Source: Antedon mediterranea (lineage: Eukaryota; Animalia; Echinodermata). From it: 64,000 nt of DNA. Every line of letters begins with the position of its first letter. The first letter of the stretch is position 1. The notes below the pieces were generated by a model that saw only the letters and a list, made by a program, of their open reading frames with translations, ran no database searches and was not told the origin of the DNA. The stretch is from NCBI RefSeq assembly GCF_964355755.1, contig NC_092675.1, positions 15,658,912-15,722,911 on the forward strand. The letters run 5' to 3'. This document shows positions 26,001 through 36,971 of the stretch, piece by piece. Position numbers and translations under genes: made by a program.

Positions 26001-28211
26001 TGTTTCACATTCTGTTACCAGCGGTAAATTAAAATGAGAAATTGTTGTTGATTTATTCTATTTGTATTGAAGAATGCAGAACAACCCTCTGTGGTCTGTA
26101 AAAAAAGAATTGAGTGTGTCATTTAAAAAGCAGTTATAACATATATGACGTTACAACTACCTTATGACGTCATATTTACGTCATATGGAAATTTAAATGT
26201 GCTAATTGGAAAGTTTAATGTCACATTTATATCTACTCGCAATGCACTTAGGTGGTCTAAGACCAAGGAGATACGGAGCTTCAAAATGGTATAGTAAATA
26301 GCGGCCATTATCAACCATATCAACTAGATAAAAAAAAATTGGTTGCAATTTGTTCTAGGTTCAACCATACCTTTTCTGGACTATAATTAATAAGGGTATA
26401 ATGAAATAAAATGATCAGTATCAAATTCTCTTTCCACCATAGATGCCTATGTTTCAGTGTGCAGTGTTTGGCCATTTAGAAATTTAAAATGGCCGCTTTC
26501 CCCTGGCCAAATGTTGTGCAACCCTTCCATTCTACGTTTTTGAGACCCAAGGTTTGGATGGAGCTAACAACATTTAGAAAAATAGAGTGTTTAATATTTA
26601 AGTAAATAATATTTCTTTAGGCCTAATTTCTGAATTTGAACAAAATGTTTGATTTCACACACACACACACACACACTATTTTTCTTGCAGAAGTAACCGT
26701 ACAATACATCCAGAAAATGAAGAAAGGGTCAATACAGCAAGACAAAGATTACGAGTAAACCAGCCTGAAAACACAGATACAGGGGAAGATGAGACAACAA
26801 TACCAAGAAGAGAAGTGAATCACGATTCACAATGTCCCATATGTTTGATTGACCAAATTGTTTTTGCCACTGAAACAAATTGTGGTCATGTTTTCTGTGG
26901 TATGTTCTATGTTTATCCTGCAATTTTTTATTTTAGTTGTAAAAATGAATCCAGACTGTATTTCTTTATGCATAATATTACATTTTGTGATTTTGTTTTA
27001 AAGGTACTTTAATAATTTGAAAAAGTGTTTTACTTTCAGCAAACTGCTTAATAACATACTGGAGGTATGGTGCATGGCTTGGAGCTATCAATTGTCCTGT
27101 CTGTAGACAAATAGTATGTCCCATTATTATGCACTTGTCAATTGTATGACCCACTATACGAGCCCGAGTGCGTCAAGGTATGACGCACATGGACAAATGA
27201 CACACCTCTCGGGGGGGTCGTATAGTGGTTTATACAATTGGCAAGTGCATTATTAATAAACAGCTGACAATCACACTTTAAACAACAACATTTAATTATA
27301 TACCTGTACTTACATTACAACATTACTAAACTCTACTTATTTAAGTATTTTACAACTACAACATTTTAAATCATTCCCAAGAACTAACATAAGGTGTATC
27401 GACTGATCACTTCCACAGTTACGCCACTGAGTATATAGCTTAAGAGACAAATGTCCCAAATGAACAGTTTTTTAAATATCAAAATCATTTCTTTAATAAG
27501 TTTTATCTTATTTTCAGGTAACAATTTTATTTCCATGTTTTAGAGAAAATGAAACTGAAGGTGTAGACCATCAGGCAGTTATGCAAGAAATTCATGATTA
27601 TAATAGACGGTTTTCAGGAGAGCCAAGACCAGTGAGTTTCCCAGACTTTCAAATTTACGATTTTAAATATTGTTAAAAATGTTAACAAGTTTTTGATGGT
27701 GGGAGGTTTTGAAAATGTCTGTCGTTTCAGTGTACCCACACTTCACTGGGCAGATTCAAAACTGTTTAGCCTGTAAAAATCATAGATATAAAAAATTATT
27801 TTATTTTAGCTGCCAAAAGGGGGAGGGCACAATCCTATCATCTTGAAACCAAAGGTTACTCTACCAGTACCAAAAATAAGCCCTACGGGATATTCATGAA
27901 ACATCATTTTATCTTCTCTAGCAATTAAAATTACCTTATTTTATTTGTAGATTGTAGATTATTTACGTGATTTACCAACTCTTCTGCGACATCTTGTCAT
28001 TGAACTGTTTTCTCCAAGTGGCCTTGTTTGGATGTTCAGACTACGTATTTTTATTTGCTTCATAGCTGCAATTCTTTACCTACTTAGTCCGTTAGACGTT
28101 ATACCAGAGGCAGTTTTCGGTGTATTAGGGTTTTTTGATGATCTTTTTATTATCTGTTTAATAGGTATATATGTTACTGTGATATATCGAGGAATTATTG
28201 CTAATCGCTAA
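22966..28211 (+). CDS. RNF170: E3 ubiquitin-protein ligase RNF170; join(22966-23075,26691-26899,27040-27113,27518-27631,27951-28211), 255 aa
   Basis: All introns are GT-AG and phase-consistent (768 nt total). The protein has an N-terminal IEGIG + TM segment, [17 protein letters not shown]...[12 protein letters not shown]...[35 protein letters not shown], and the DUF1232 segment [22 protein letters not shown]. Confidence 0.96.
24925..25260 (+). mobile_element. Degenerate LINE ORF2 fragment in RNF170 intron 1
   Basis: [29 protein letters not shown] resembles the KAPGPDGI motif that precedes the RT domain. Confidence 0.55.
26656..26676 (+). repeat. (CA)n microsatellite just upstream of the RNF170 exon 2 acceptor
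   Basis: About 10 CA units seen directly. Confidence 0.9.
26691..26899 (+). CDS. RNF170: RNF170 coding exon 2
   Basis: [13 protein letters not shown]...[25 protein letters not shown]; AG/GT boundaries. Confidence 0.95.
27040..27113 (+). CDS. RNF170: RNF170 coding exon 3
   Basis: [25 protein letters not shown]; AG/GT boundaries. Confidence 0.95.
27130..27249. mobile_element. 120-bp MITE in RNF170 intron 3 (same family as 9682-10030)
   Basis: TGCACTTGTCAATTGTATGACCCACTATACGA...TCGTATAGTGGTTTATACAATTGGCAAGTGCA. Confidence 0.75.
27518..27631 (+). CDS. RNF170: RNF170 coding exon 4
   Basis: [12 protein letters not shown]...[15 protein letters not shown]; GTGAGT donor. Confidence 0.95.
27951..28211 (+). 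CDS. RNF170: RNF170 coding exon 5 (stop TAA)
   Basis: [15 protein letters not shown]...[26 protein letters not shown]...IYRGIIANR*. Confidence 0.95.
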   Translation: MVDYLRDLPTLLRHLVIELFSPSGLVWMFRLRIFICFIAAILYLLSPLDVIPEAVFGVLGFFDDLFIICLIGIYVTVIYRGIIANR

Positions 28212-28371
28212 AAACAAATATATTTACTTTTTATATTTCTGATGGTTAATTCCATATTTGTAAATATTTTGTTAAATTAAAAATTTATGCAACATGTCTA
28301 TAGTTTTTTAGGACACACAGAAGATATTGTACTATGTCATAACATGTATAATTTTACACCTCCCGGGTTAT

Positions 28372-28591
28372 AGTAGGGACTTTAAGAAACAGGACGGTGG
28401 ACATCGTGTGTTTGCTAGAGCGTAAAATATACATACATTCACATAGCCATATACGGACAATTTTATCGTCCTCAAAAAGTTAAGACGACAGATTTTCACA
28501 CTAAGCTCTACCAACTTTGTTAAAGCTCATGCATAAATTATTCATGAGCACCATCCTGTAGCTTCCCGTCCTGTTTTGTAAAGTCCCTACT
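28372..28591. mobile_element. MITE downstream of the RNF170 stop codon
   Basis: TIRs AGTAGGGACTTTAAGAAACAGGACGG / CCGTCCTGTTTTGTAAAGTCCCTACT. Confidence 0.65.
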
Positions 28592-28699
28592 GTCTTTACA
28601 AAAGGCACTGAAATTGAGCAATGACTTGAACAGCTATTAATTATAGATCATTCCAGGAATGACAATAAAGCCTTTCTTTGGTTGCTGCCATATTTAATT

Positions 28700-28912
28700 T
28701 ATATGTTTTGGTATCCACTTTAAAATTTCTTATGCATCCAACAGGCACTGGCCAATTACAGGATGGATAAACCATTTTTATAATTTATTATGCTTATAAG
28801 CTAAGTCTCATTTGAGGCTTCAGGAGTGGAGTTACAAACACTGGCACTAGGTCAGGATTGAACCCTGAGATTGGACTGGAAGGCAAGCATGTTAACCACC
28901 AAACTACAGCCC
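28700..28912 (-). mobile_element. tRNA-derived SINE, degenerate
   Basis: The minus strand starts GCTGTAGTTTGGTGGTTAACATGCTTGCCTTCCAG...GGGTTCAATCC (A box, B box) and continues into a non-tRNA body. The 3' limit is approximate. Confidence 0.5.
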
Positions 28913-29047
28913 ACTACATTAATTAATGATAAAAGACTATTTGACTGAGACTAATAAATTACTTGCTCCTATTATTTATCACTACAAGATATATACAGTA
29001 CAATCTACAAACGACATACCGTAGTCACTATTTCATACTTGTATCTA

Positions 29048-29262
29048 ACAACAGGACACTAAGCTTGGCTTACCAAGAAAACTTGTAACATTCCTTTGAT
29101 CTTATGTCTGGCTGTGACAAATACACTAACAGTACTGTACTATGTACATATTCTCTGTGGGGCAAGGTGCCTGTTAAGGGGTGTGGAACTGATTATTTCT
29201 CAGCCACAGATAAACCAATTAAATTCCAGAGCTCAGCATCCTGTTGTTAGATTGCCTTGCTT
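29048..29262 (+). repeat. Diverged interspersed repeat, with a second copy at ~37414-37658 in opsin intron 2
   Basis: Colinear shared blocks: CAACAGGACA, GATCTTA..GGCTGTG.CAAATACA..ACAGTACTGTA, AAGGGG.GTGGAACT, CACAGATAAACC, GAGCTCAG.ATCCTG..TTAGATTGCCTTG. Confidence 0.65.
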
Positions 29263-32204
29263 GTACTAAATTCCATTGATTCAAGCAGCTTTATTAAAAA
29301 ATATTAGCACTAGTTGTATACATGATACGCAGACAAATAAATGTAATGGAGAGTAGGATTAGTTTTCCTTAAGCTCTGTCTACACTGTCAAACTAGTTTG
29401 ACAAAAAAGTGTGATGTGTCCAAAATATGGTAGTGATATGCCCAAATATGGTAGTGATATGACATCTTCATGTCCATATATGGATACATCAGATTAAAAT
29501 AATCTTGTTGGTATTAAATGTAACTTTTATTAATATGTTTTTTTTTATTACTTAGGAGTATTCATAGTCCACGGAGAAAAAAAACATTTAGGTCAAACTA
29601 GGAAAGAATAATATTCTCTTCCGTGAAGAAAAGGTTTATTTGATGAATGTGTTAAATTCTTGAAAATACTACAAAAATGGAAATGAATTCCATAAAAAAA
29701 AATTGAATAAATTTTGATTTAGTTTTGAGTTTGGAGCGATAAGCTATTTATTCAGTATATTATTCTTACCAGCGAACAATTCAGTTTTTCTGTGAAAGTA
29801 AGTGAATGAAACTACAACTTTTCAATTTATAACTAGTCGATTGATTGTTGATTGTGCAGTTTGATCCCAAATAAGATGTTAGTGTCTTATAAATTGTTGA
29901 ATTGCACAATGGTTTCACAGTATCCGAAGCGTTGGTTGTCGAAGTTATCCAATGGGTTGATTAGTACCACTAGACTGTGGAGTACTTATTGATGTATTGT
30001 CCCCCTGAAATCTTTTTGTTGAATATGCAATTTGAATGTCACATAAGGGTTATTTAATTTAACAAAAAATTGAATCACAAAAAAAACATTACATGAAAAA
30101 ACTGTAATTCAAAGCAAAACATACTCAATTTTTTAAGTGAAAACATTTTTTTCGGGTTTTTCTATATGGAAGTGGTTAACTACCTGGCTTCAAAGTCTTA
30201 TTTATTAATCATCATCATCATCATTTTTTATGTTTTTGGTAGACAATACATCTTGAAGCGGCTGAATGAACAGTGCTGGTGTGTCAGAAATAATTTCCAA
30301 TGTTCACTACAAAACAGCAAATGTATTAAAGATGCATAGGATTTTTATTATCTGTCCACAGTGCAATAAAAAAAAACATCACAGACATATGATATGATAT
30401 TAAAATAGTATTTATTCAATTGCTGGTTTGTTGAATTGCACAAAGATAAGATAGCGATTTATTGTGCCTATTTGTTGTACGATTCTATAAATAACATCTC
30501 AATTATGATAAATACCAACAGAAACAGATGTAACGTTACAAACATTATTATTACTTAGTGGCACAATAACAAGTGTGACATGTAGGCTATATAATTTTAA
30601 GTGATACAAACAATGTAAATAAAACGGTGTATATTACTTTTAATATTATTGTAACAGTAATTTATCATATTATCTCTTCAAATTGTCAAAGCATACAGTG
30701 AAAATGCACAGATTCATCAATAATGAAAATACATGTATATATGAACTTTGGAAACAACAATATATTGAACCACATTCACCCATGTATATAAACTTATAAC
30801 TATACATCTACAACTCTTCATATATTTCAAAAATTGATTGTGTCTTCTACTTCATCTTATATACTAATTGTTGTCAAAACTGATGTCTTCATTTTCTACT
30901 TCCTAACCTCAAACAAACTGGGAACAATATACGTCATACAATAAAAAAACTTAAATACGAAATGCAATATCTCTGTGTATAGTTCCAGGTCATTTACACA
31001 ACTCTGGAAGTAGCACTACACTAGGCTACATGCTAGTCTAACCCCGGATGAACTTATCCATGGGCTAAGCTTGTGAAAATAACAATTACAATACATGTAT
31101 ACGAATAATAATAACATACAGAATTAAAAGATTTATCACTGTGTACCTCATAGGCATATGTACAACCTTTTGCTTAAAGGACAACTTGTCCGAGAACCAT
31201 ATTTTAACAATGTATAAGCATGGATTAAGGAATAGAAGGATATGCATAGATGGTGACATCAAACGATTTTCCAACGCACTTGCCTATACTAAAGCACTGT
31301 TGCCAATCAAACAAACACGCTCATTGAACTCCGTGTCTCTAACCGCAGCCCTCTATAGAACGCTGCGAATCAACTTTTACATTTTTTTAGAACAAAACAG
31401 CCATGTAGAAATACTGTAGTACTAGTATGTGCAGTCTGATTGTTCTATTGACATGTCTGCGTCGATGATTAATTGACAATAACAATATATTGCTGAACAA
31501 TTCTGTTTTAATGTCATCACAATTGGACTACAAAAAGTTCACTTTCTTATGACCGGTAATTTTAAGTAGTTGGTAATATTAATAAAATATGCAATTTTTA
31601 TATTTGAATTATCATATTGGCCTGCCACCTCCTGCCATTAAAAATTGCGTTAATCTATAGAATATTAAATTATGCATTTGACAATGTATGTTGTTACCGT
31701 GTCTTGTAATCTCAAGTACAACAAACATGTTTTTAATAATAATATATGGCTAAGCAGTGGTTTCTTCATAAATCTCCTTAATTATTGATGTGATTATATT
31801 TAAATGTTAGTGCCTGGTGATTGTTATCCACATCACATCCAATCACCGGGCCTACAGTAATTGAATGAAAACTGGGATCCCTGATCTGGGATTGGCTTGC
31901 TATGTATAGTTGAGATACGTTACCACTAACTCTACTACTCTCTAGTGCTCGTTTCGTTTTGAAAAGTAGACGCAATGTAAACTTAACCATGACCAAACAA
32001 AGCATAAAAGTACCTTGTCTATTACTGTACTGTATTATTATTCCCACAAGAAGTAGACAACGATGAGAATATAGATCATGATTACATCATGGCCCTTCAT
32101 GATTACACGTTGTAGCTACTACACTTAAGATTAGCCTACCAATAGGCCTACCTAGACCTAAATCAATGTCGGCAAATCATAGGGTTTACTAGTAAGCACA
32201 TGGC

Positions 32205-34623
32205 AAAATATATTTTTTTTCCAGAAACTAGTTAAAATCAAATCAAACTTTTCAATCGTCGCAACGCATGTAAATAAATGTCAAAACCTCGGTGCATCAC
32301 TTATCACCAGGGGGTGGAATGTACAAGCCCATAGTGCCTTTAACTGGAGAACAATTAGCTTTGAAATATAAAAGAATATGATTCTTTAAATCATAGAAAT
32401 GGGTTTATTATTTATTTGAGTATATAAATATGCAAAATGTGTGCAAATTTAAATATATTGTTTATTAAAATTATATTTAAAAGTATAATAGAATTTGTCA
32501 AAATGTAGACATTTTTAACATATGCAATTAAATTGAACACATAATAAGAGATAATAATGTATGCAGGCAACGAAGACAATGCCGTACCTATCAAGAGAAG
32601 TAATTTGAGCGGTAAACAAACTAATATAAATGTATTAAGTTTAAATAACAATGTAATTAACTTATTTAATTCTCCTTTAAACCATATGTTTGGTTTTAAT
32701 AGATGAATGTATTAATTATACTGAAACCTCTGAATTAAATCAATCCCATAATATAATTAATAGGCAAACTTACGATGACACCAGTGTAAGTTATGAAAAA
32801 AAAATAAGTCTCATAAAAATCAAGCATTAAAGTAAAAAAAGAACTATCAAATTCTAACACTATTTAAATCACCTTGCATAATATTAGAGACTGCAAGAGC
32901 AAGAAAAAGAAATAAGCTACTTAAAAAACCTACGTACACAAATTTGAGTATTTTTGGTATGGTTGAAACTTTCTTAAATAAGGAAGAAAACATAGATATT
33001 AAAAATTACAATTGGATTGGAAAAAACAGACTAAAAGTAATAAAAAAATCACAAGGTGGAATTAGATTACTTATAAAAGAAAATATTAAAATTTTAGATG
33101 AAAAATGTTTTTAATTCAGAAGTAGATGACCTAGAGCAATTTGAAAACCATACTGATTCTATATAGTAGAGCTGTTTTTTACTTTCCATGTGAAGGATCA
33201 GATAAATACCTCACTCATGAAATGTATACAGCTCTACTTTCGGAAATTTTTATAATTAAAGATCAAAATGAAGATTTACTATATACAAAATAAGTTTAGA
33301 TTGTCTTACTTTAATAGACTTAAAAATATGGTCATTAATTGAGGTTTAAGGTAACATTAAATGGAAGTGGATTAACCATATCAAATAATTACTATATCAT
33401 TTTGACTTCTAAATTGCATTAAACCCGGAGAGTCAGACGTGGCTCAAACATTTTAAATAATGTTAGCTCTTTAGAAAATGCAAAGCAATTGTTTGAATGA
33501 GCAAAAAGCAAGTCAACTTTGTCTGACTACTTAAAATATAAGCATAAACCTAAAGCGGAGATGTACCTATTTGATGTGGTTTATTTTGATTCTTAAGTTT
33601 GAAATTTAAAGCAAGAAGTAACACTCTAGAACTAGAAGGCAAAAAGAATACATGGTCGAAGGATAAAGAGGGTGGTTTCTGCAAACTATGTAATAATAAT
33701 AATACAGACCACTTTTTTATTTGAATGTGGGAAACTTACTACTATAAGAGACTTACACTGCAATTCACTCAAACATGATCTTATATATTTTGGGTATGAT
33801 TCTTTTTGGAAAAAATTTGTCTATGGGTAATACTGATTATCAACATCGTGTACTAATTGATGACCTTTTTTGTATTATTTCCTTTTAAAAAAATAGGTGA
33901 ATTTGTTGATTACTATTGTAAACATTACATAACTGCTGCATGGAGATAGAGCCTATACTTAAAGATTTACCACCCACCACGTCAATTAATAACTAAATTA
34001 TTTGTAACTGTTTTTTTTTTATAGTTTTATCTACATTTGTATATAGTTTTTCAAATAGTTTTAATACCTGATAGTCTTGACAAATTCTCCATTTTAAGTT
34101 AAGTATTGGCTGTAATTCGTATATATTTAAATCTACTTGCTGACCATTTTTATTAAGTTAATTTTTTTTGTCTGTTTTGTGTAACTTATTTTTGTAACTG
34201 TATTGTTAATGTTTTATAAACATGTGCCACTGATCCAAAAAGTTTGTTTGAGTTTGAGAAGGAGAAAAACAACAGACCCTACTGTGTTAATGATTAAGGT
34301 GTACGATTTTTTTTGGAATTGATTAGCAAAATTACATTTTGGGTGTGTACTTGTATTATATTATGTGTTCGGTGATAATTGCATATGTTGAAAATGTCTA
34401 CATTTTGACAACCTGTCTCTCCATGATACTTTTATAGAATCATATTCTTTTATATTTCAAAGGCTCTGGCGTGATGTTCTGCTGTTGTTCAATACTCATT
34501 GTTCTCCTGTTAAAGACACTACGTACATTCCTCCCTCTGGTGAGTGATGTACCGATGTTTTGACAAGCGTTTGACAATTGAAATTTGATCTTTTAACTGG
34601 TTTCTGGAAAGAAAAATATATTT
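32205..34623. mobile_element. Old TIR-bounded element (~300-bp imperfect inverted arms) enclosing a deleted LINE
   Basis: CTTTGAAATATAAAAGAATATGATTCT (~32380) vs AGAATCATATTCTTTTATATTTCAAAG (~34437); TGTCAAAATGTAGACATTTT vs AAAATGTCTACATTTTGACA. Limits are approximate. Confidence 0.55.
32880..33960 (+). pseudogene. Internally deleted LINE ORF2 (AP endonuclease start joined to the C-terminal zinc knuckle)
   Basis: IFGMVETFLNKEENIDIKNYNWIGKNR...GGIRLLIKENI (EEP endonuclease-like) and FKARSNTLEL...CKLCNNNNTDHFLFECG (CCHC-like). Confidence 0.65.
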
Positions 34624-34809
34624 AAGTTAAATTTACCACTAAAGTGTGTTAATAACATTTGCTTGATATCATTTTATATCATAACCCTACCGAGCGAATA
34701 TTAGCATGACTGGTAGGACCCGTTTACCGCTAAAGATCTAAACTCATTGTAACTCATCGTACACAAATGAGTGGTGCAAGAGGCTGGTCGTGGCCCTCTA
34801 TTAGCCCCT

Positions 34810-35110
34810 CTCGTCTTCTGAAATTGTCTTAAATGTTATAGTTGAGTCGACTTCAATTTAGCAGGGAGAGCATTCCATGAATTTACAACTCGTTGGGTAA
34901 AAAAATGACTATGGCAATTTAATCGAACATTATTCTTTTTCAATGTATGTTTATGACCCCTAGTGGCAGTATATTCAGACTTATGAAAAAGTAAATCACT
35001 ATCTAATAGCCGCTTTGTTAGAAAGAATATTGTATGCTCCAATCATGTCACCTCTTATTATGTTGCCTTTCTTCTAAGGTTGTAAAATTAAAAACCTTTT
35101 TTTAACCTTT
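34810..35110 (-). mobile_element. CR1-type LINE 3' fragment
   Basis: RGDM..TRGHKHTLKK..FFTQRVVNSWNALP is the typical CR1 ORF2 C-terminus. Confidence 0.75.
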
Positions 35111-36063
35111 CTGTTTGTTTACATTGATTTCGGTGGTGTGTCGCATTTCCTACTGCTGGGTAATACGCTTGTTGGTGGTGAAATGGGCGTGCGCCCATGC
35201 GATTATCATTTTTCGCGAGTCACTTCCATTTGCACCACTATATCATATGTCACTGCGACACTACGATCTTGGTTGTGGCAGCCTATATTATAATATAAGT
35301 AAGTATTGATTTGCCTACTACACTAGGCCCCTAGGGCGCTGATCTATGCCTAGCCTCCTAGCTAAATTCTAGGCCTAGGCCCTACTAGCTATCTAGGTAT
35401 CGAGTCGGTTTGATTATGTTGCCACCATTTATGAACGCCTAAATGATATGCATGAACTATAACTTACTCACCATCGTCTTTGAATACAAAGGATTAGGCC
35501 GGTGGATTCCGATACTATAAACATCATCGTCTTTATTCACACACCGAAAATCACCGCATGTGTATTAAAAAAGTTTTTAGTTTGATATGGTTGAATGATT
35601 CCAAAGCCTCATCATTTGTTTCTTTTGCCTATCTCTGGATTTTAAAATACCAGAAAACATTTTGGCAAATTTAAGCCTAATACAGGTTAAATTAGCATTT
35701 GTGAGTGAGGGTACCTATCTCTTGTATGTTAACAGTGAAAACTCATGAGGTAGATTTTGCCATGCACTTGTGACGTCACAGCAAATTACGGCGACGGCCG
35801 GCTGCTGTGTGTACTGTACGGCGAGCGCGCGCCGGCATTAAATCTCGCGATTGTTCGGAAGTCATATGTACAATACATACTAATAATACGTTGTTAAAAT
35901 ATGGTTCTTTAATATCCTTTAACTTACCAAGTGTAAATTACCGTTCACTTGTATTACCGTCTTTGTCATACAGTTTTGTCATTTTCCTTCATTTTTTTTT
36001 ACTAGGCCTATTACTTATTAGTCTATCTGTGAAAGATATTCATTTCGCTGTTCCATTCGTTGG

Positions 36064-36971
36064 CTATCTGTCTGACTTTAAACTAGATAATGATACTGGA
36101 CCTGTGGTCATAGGGATACCTACGTTTTCTTCTGGATTAGGTGGAGGGTCCTCTGAAACTTGAGTCGTGATAGAGGTTTCCACAACGGCACTGATTGAGC
36201 TTTCTGCTGTTCTTCTAAATTGAGCGCGTTGGTGAATATTCTGACTACGCTCTCTAGCGGCAACTTCTTTCTCGTATGAACCACAGCAATTTTGCAAGAA
36301 GCGTTTGGTAAGCGCCGTTTTAAACTTTTCGTGGGTGATAGCATACACGATTGGATTCAAAACAGAAGAACTCTTTGCGCAGACTACAGGCATGGTCTGC
36401 AAGAATGGATTAACTATGGATGGGTCGACAAATTGGGCTATAAACGAAACAGACGCGTATGGGAGCCAAGCAATACAGAATAAACTTGTCATGATCATTC
36501 CAATTTTTGCTATCTTAAATTCTTTCTTCTCATTTTTCAATTTCTTCAATTTAAGTGTATCTTCTAACTTATTGTCCACGACTTTTTTCATTTCTTTGTT
36601 ATGAGCGCGAACGGTAAATACAATCTTCGTATAGCAACCAATAATTATTGCCAACGGCAAAAAAAAGTCTGTCACGAACAACATGGCAACAAAAATTGAG
36701 TTGACGAAACTTTGATCTACATAATCAAATGTACAACTCAACCCATAACCTTCGCGGGAATAGCTCCCAAACCCAACCAATGGTGGCACTGACCAAGCCA
36801 AACAATACAACCAAACTGCCATAATTATGCGTTTGGAGCGCCGTTTCGATATCGTGCGAGTAGTTTTCATGGGCTTACAAATCGCATAGTAACGGTCTAT
36901 AGATATGGCAGACATTGATGCTATGGACATAACGCCGAATGTAGAGCCAAAGAAGGCGTAAATCTGACAAC
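36064..36971 (-). CDS. Opsin coding exon 3 (TM3 to stop)
   Basis: TAG acceptor, then CQIYAFFGSTFGV joining ORF 36064..36930. Confidence 0.93.

Noticed and set aside
31035-31070. Degenerate palindrome with imperfect flanking repeat (a third P-type scar?)
   Set aside because: There are too many mismatches in both the palindrome and the flanks to distinguish it from chance.
31086-31419. Overlapping 62-aa and 92-aa ORFs between RNF170 and the opsin
   Set aside because: No recognisable domain, no convincing splice context, and lengths within chance expectation.
35807-36604. Plus-strand ORFs overlapping the opsin
   Set aside because: They are antisense shadows of the opsin coding exon.
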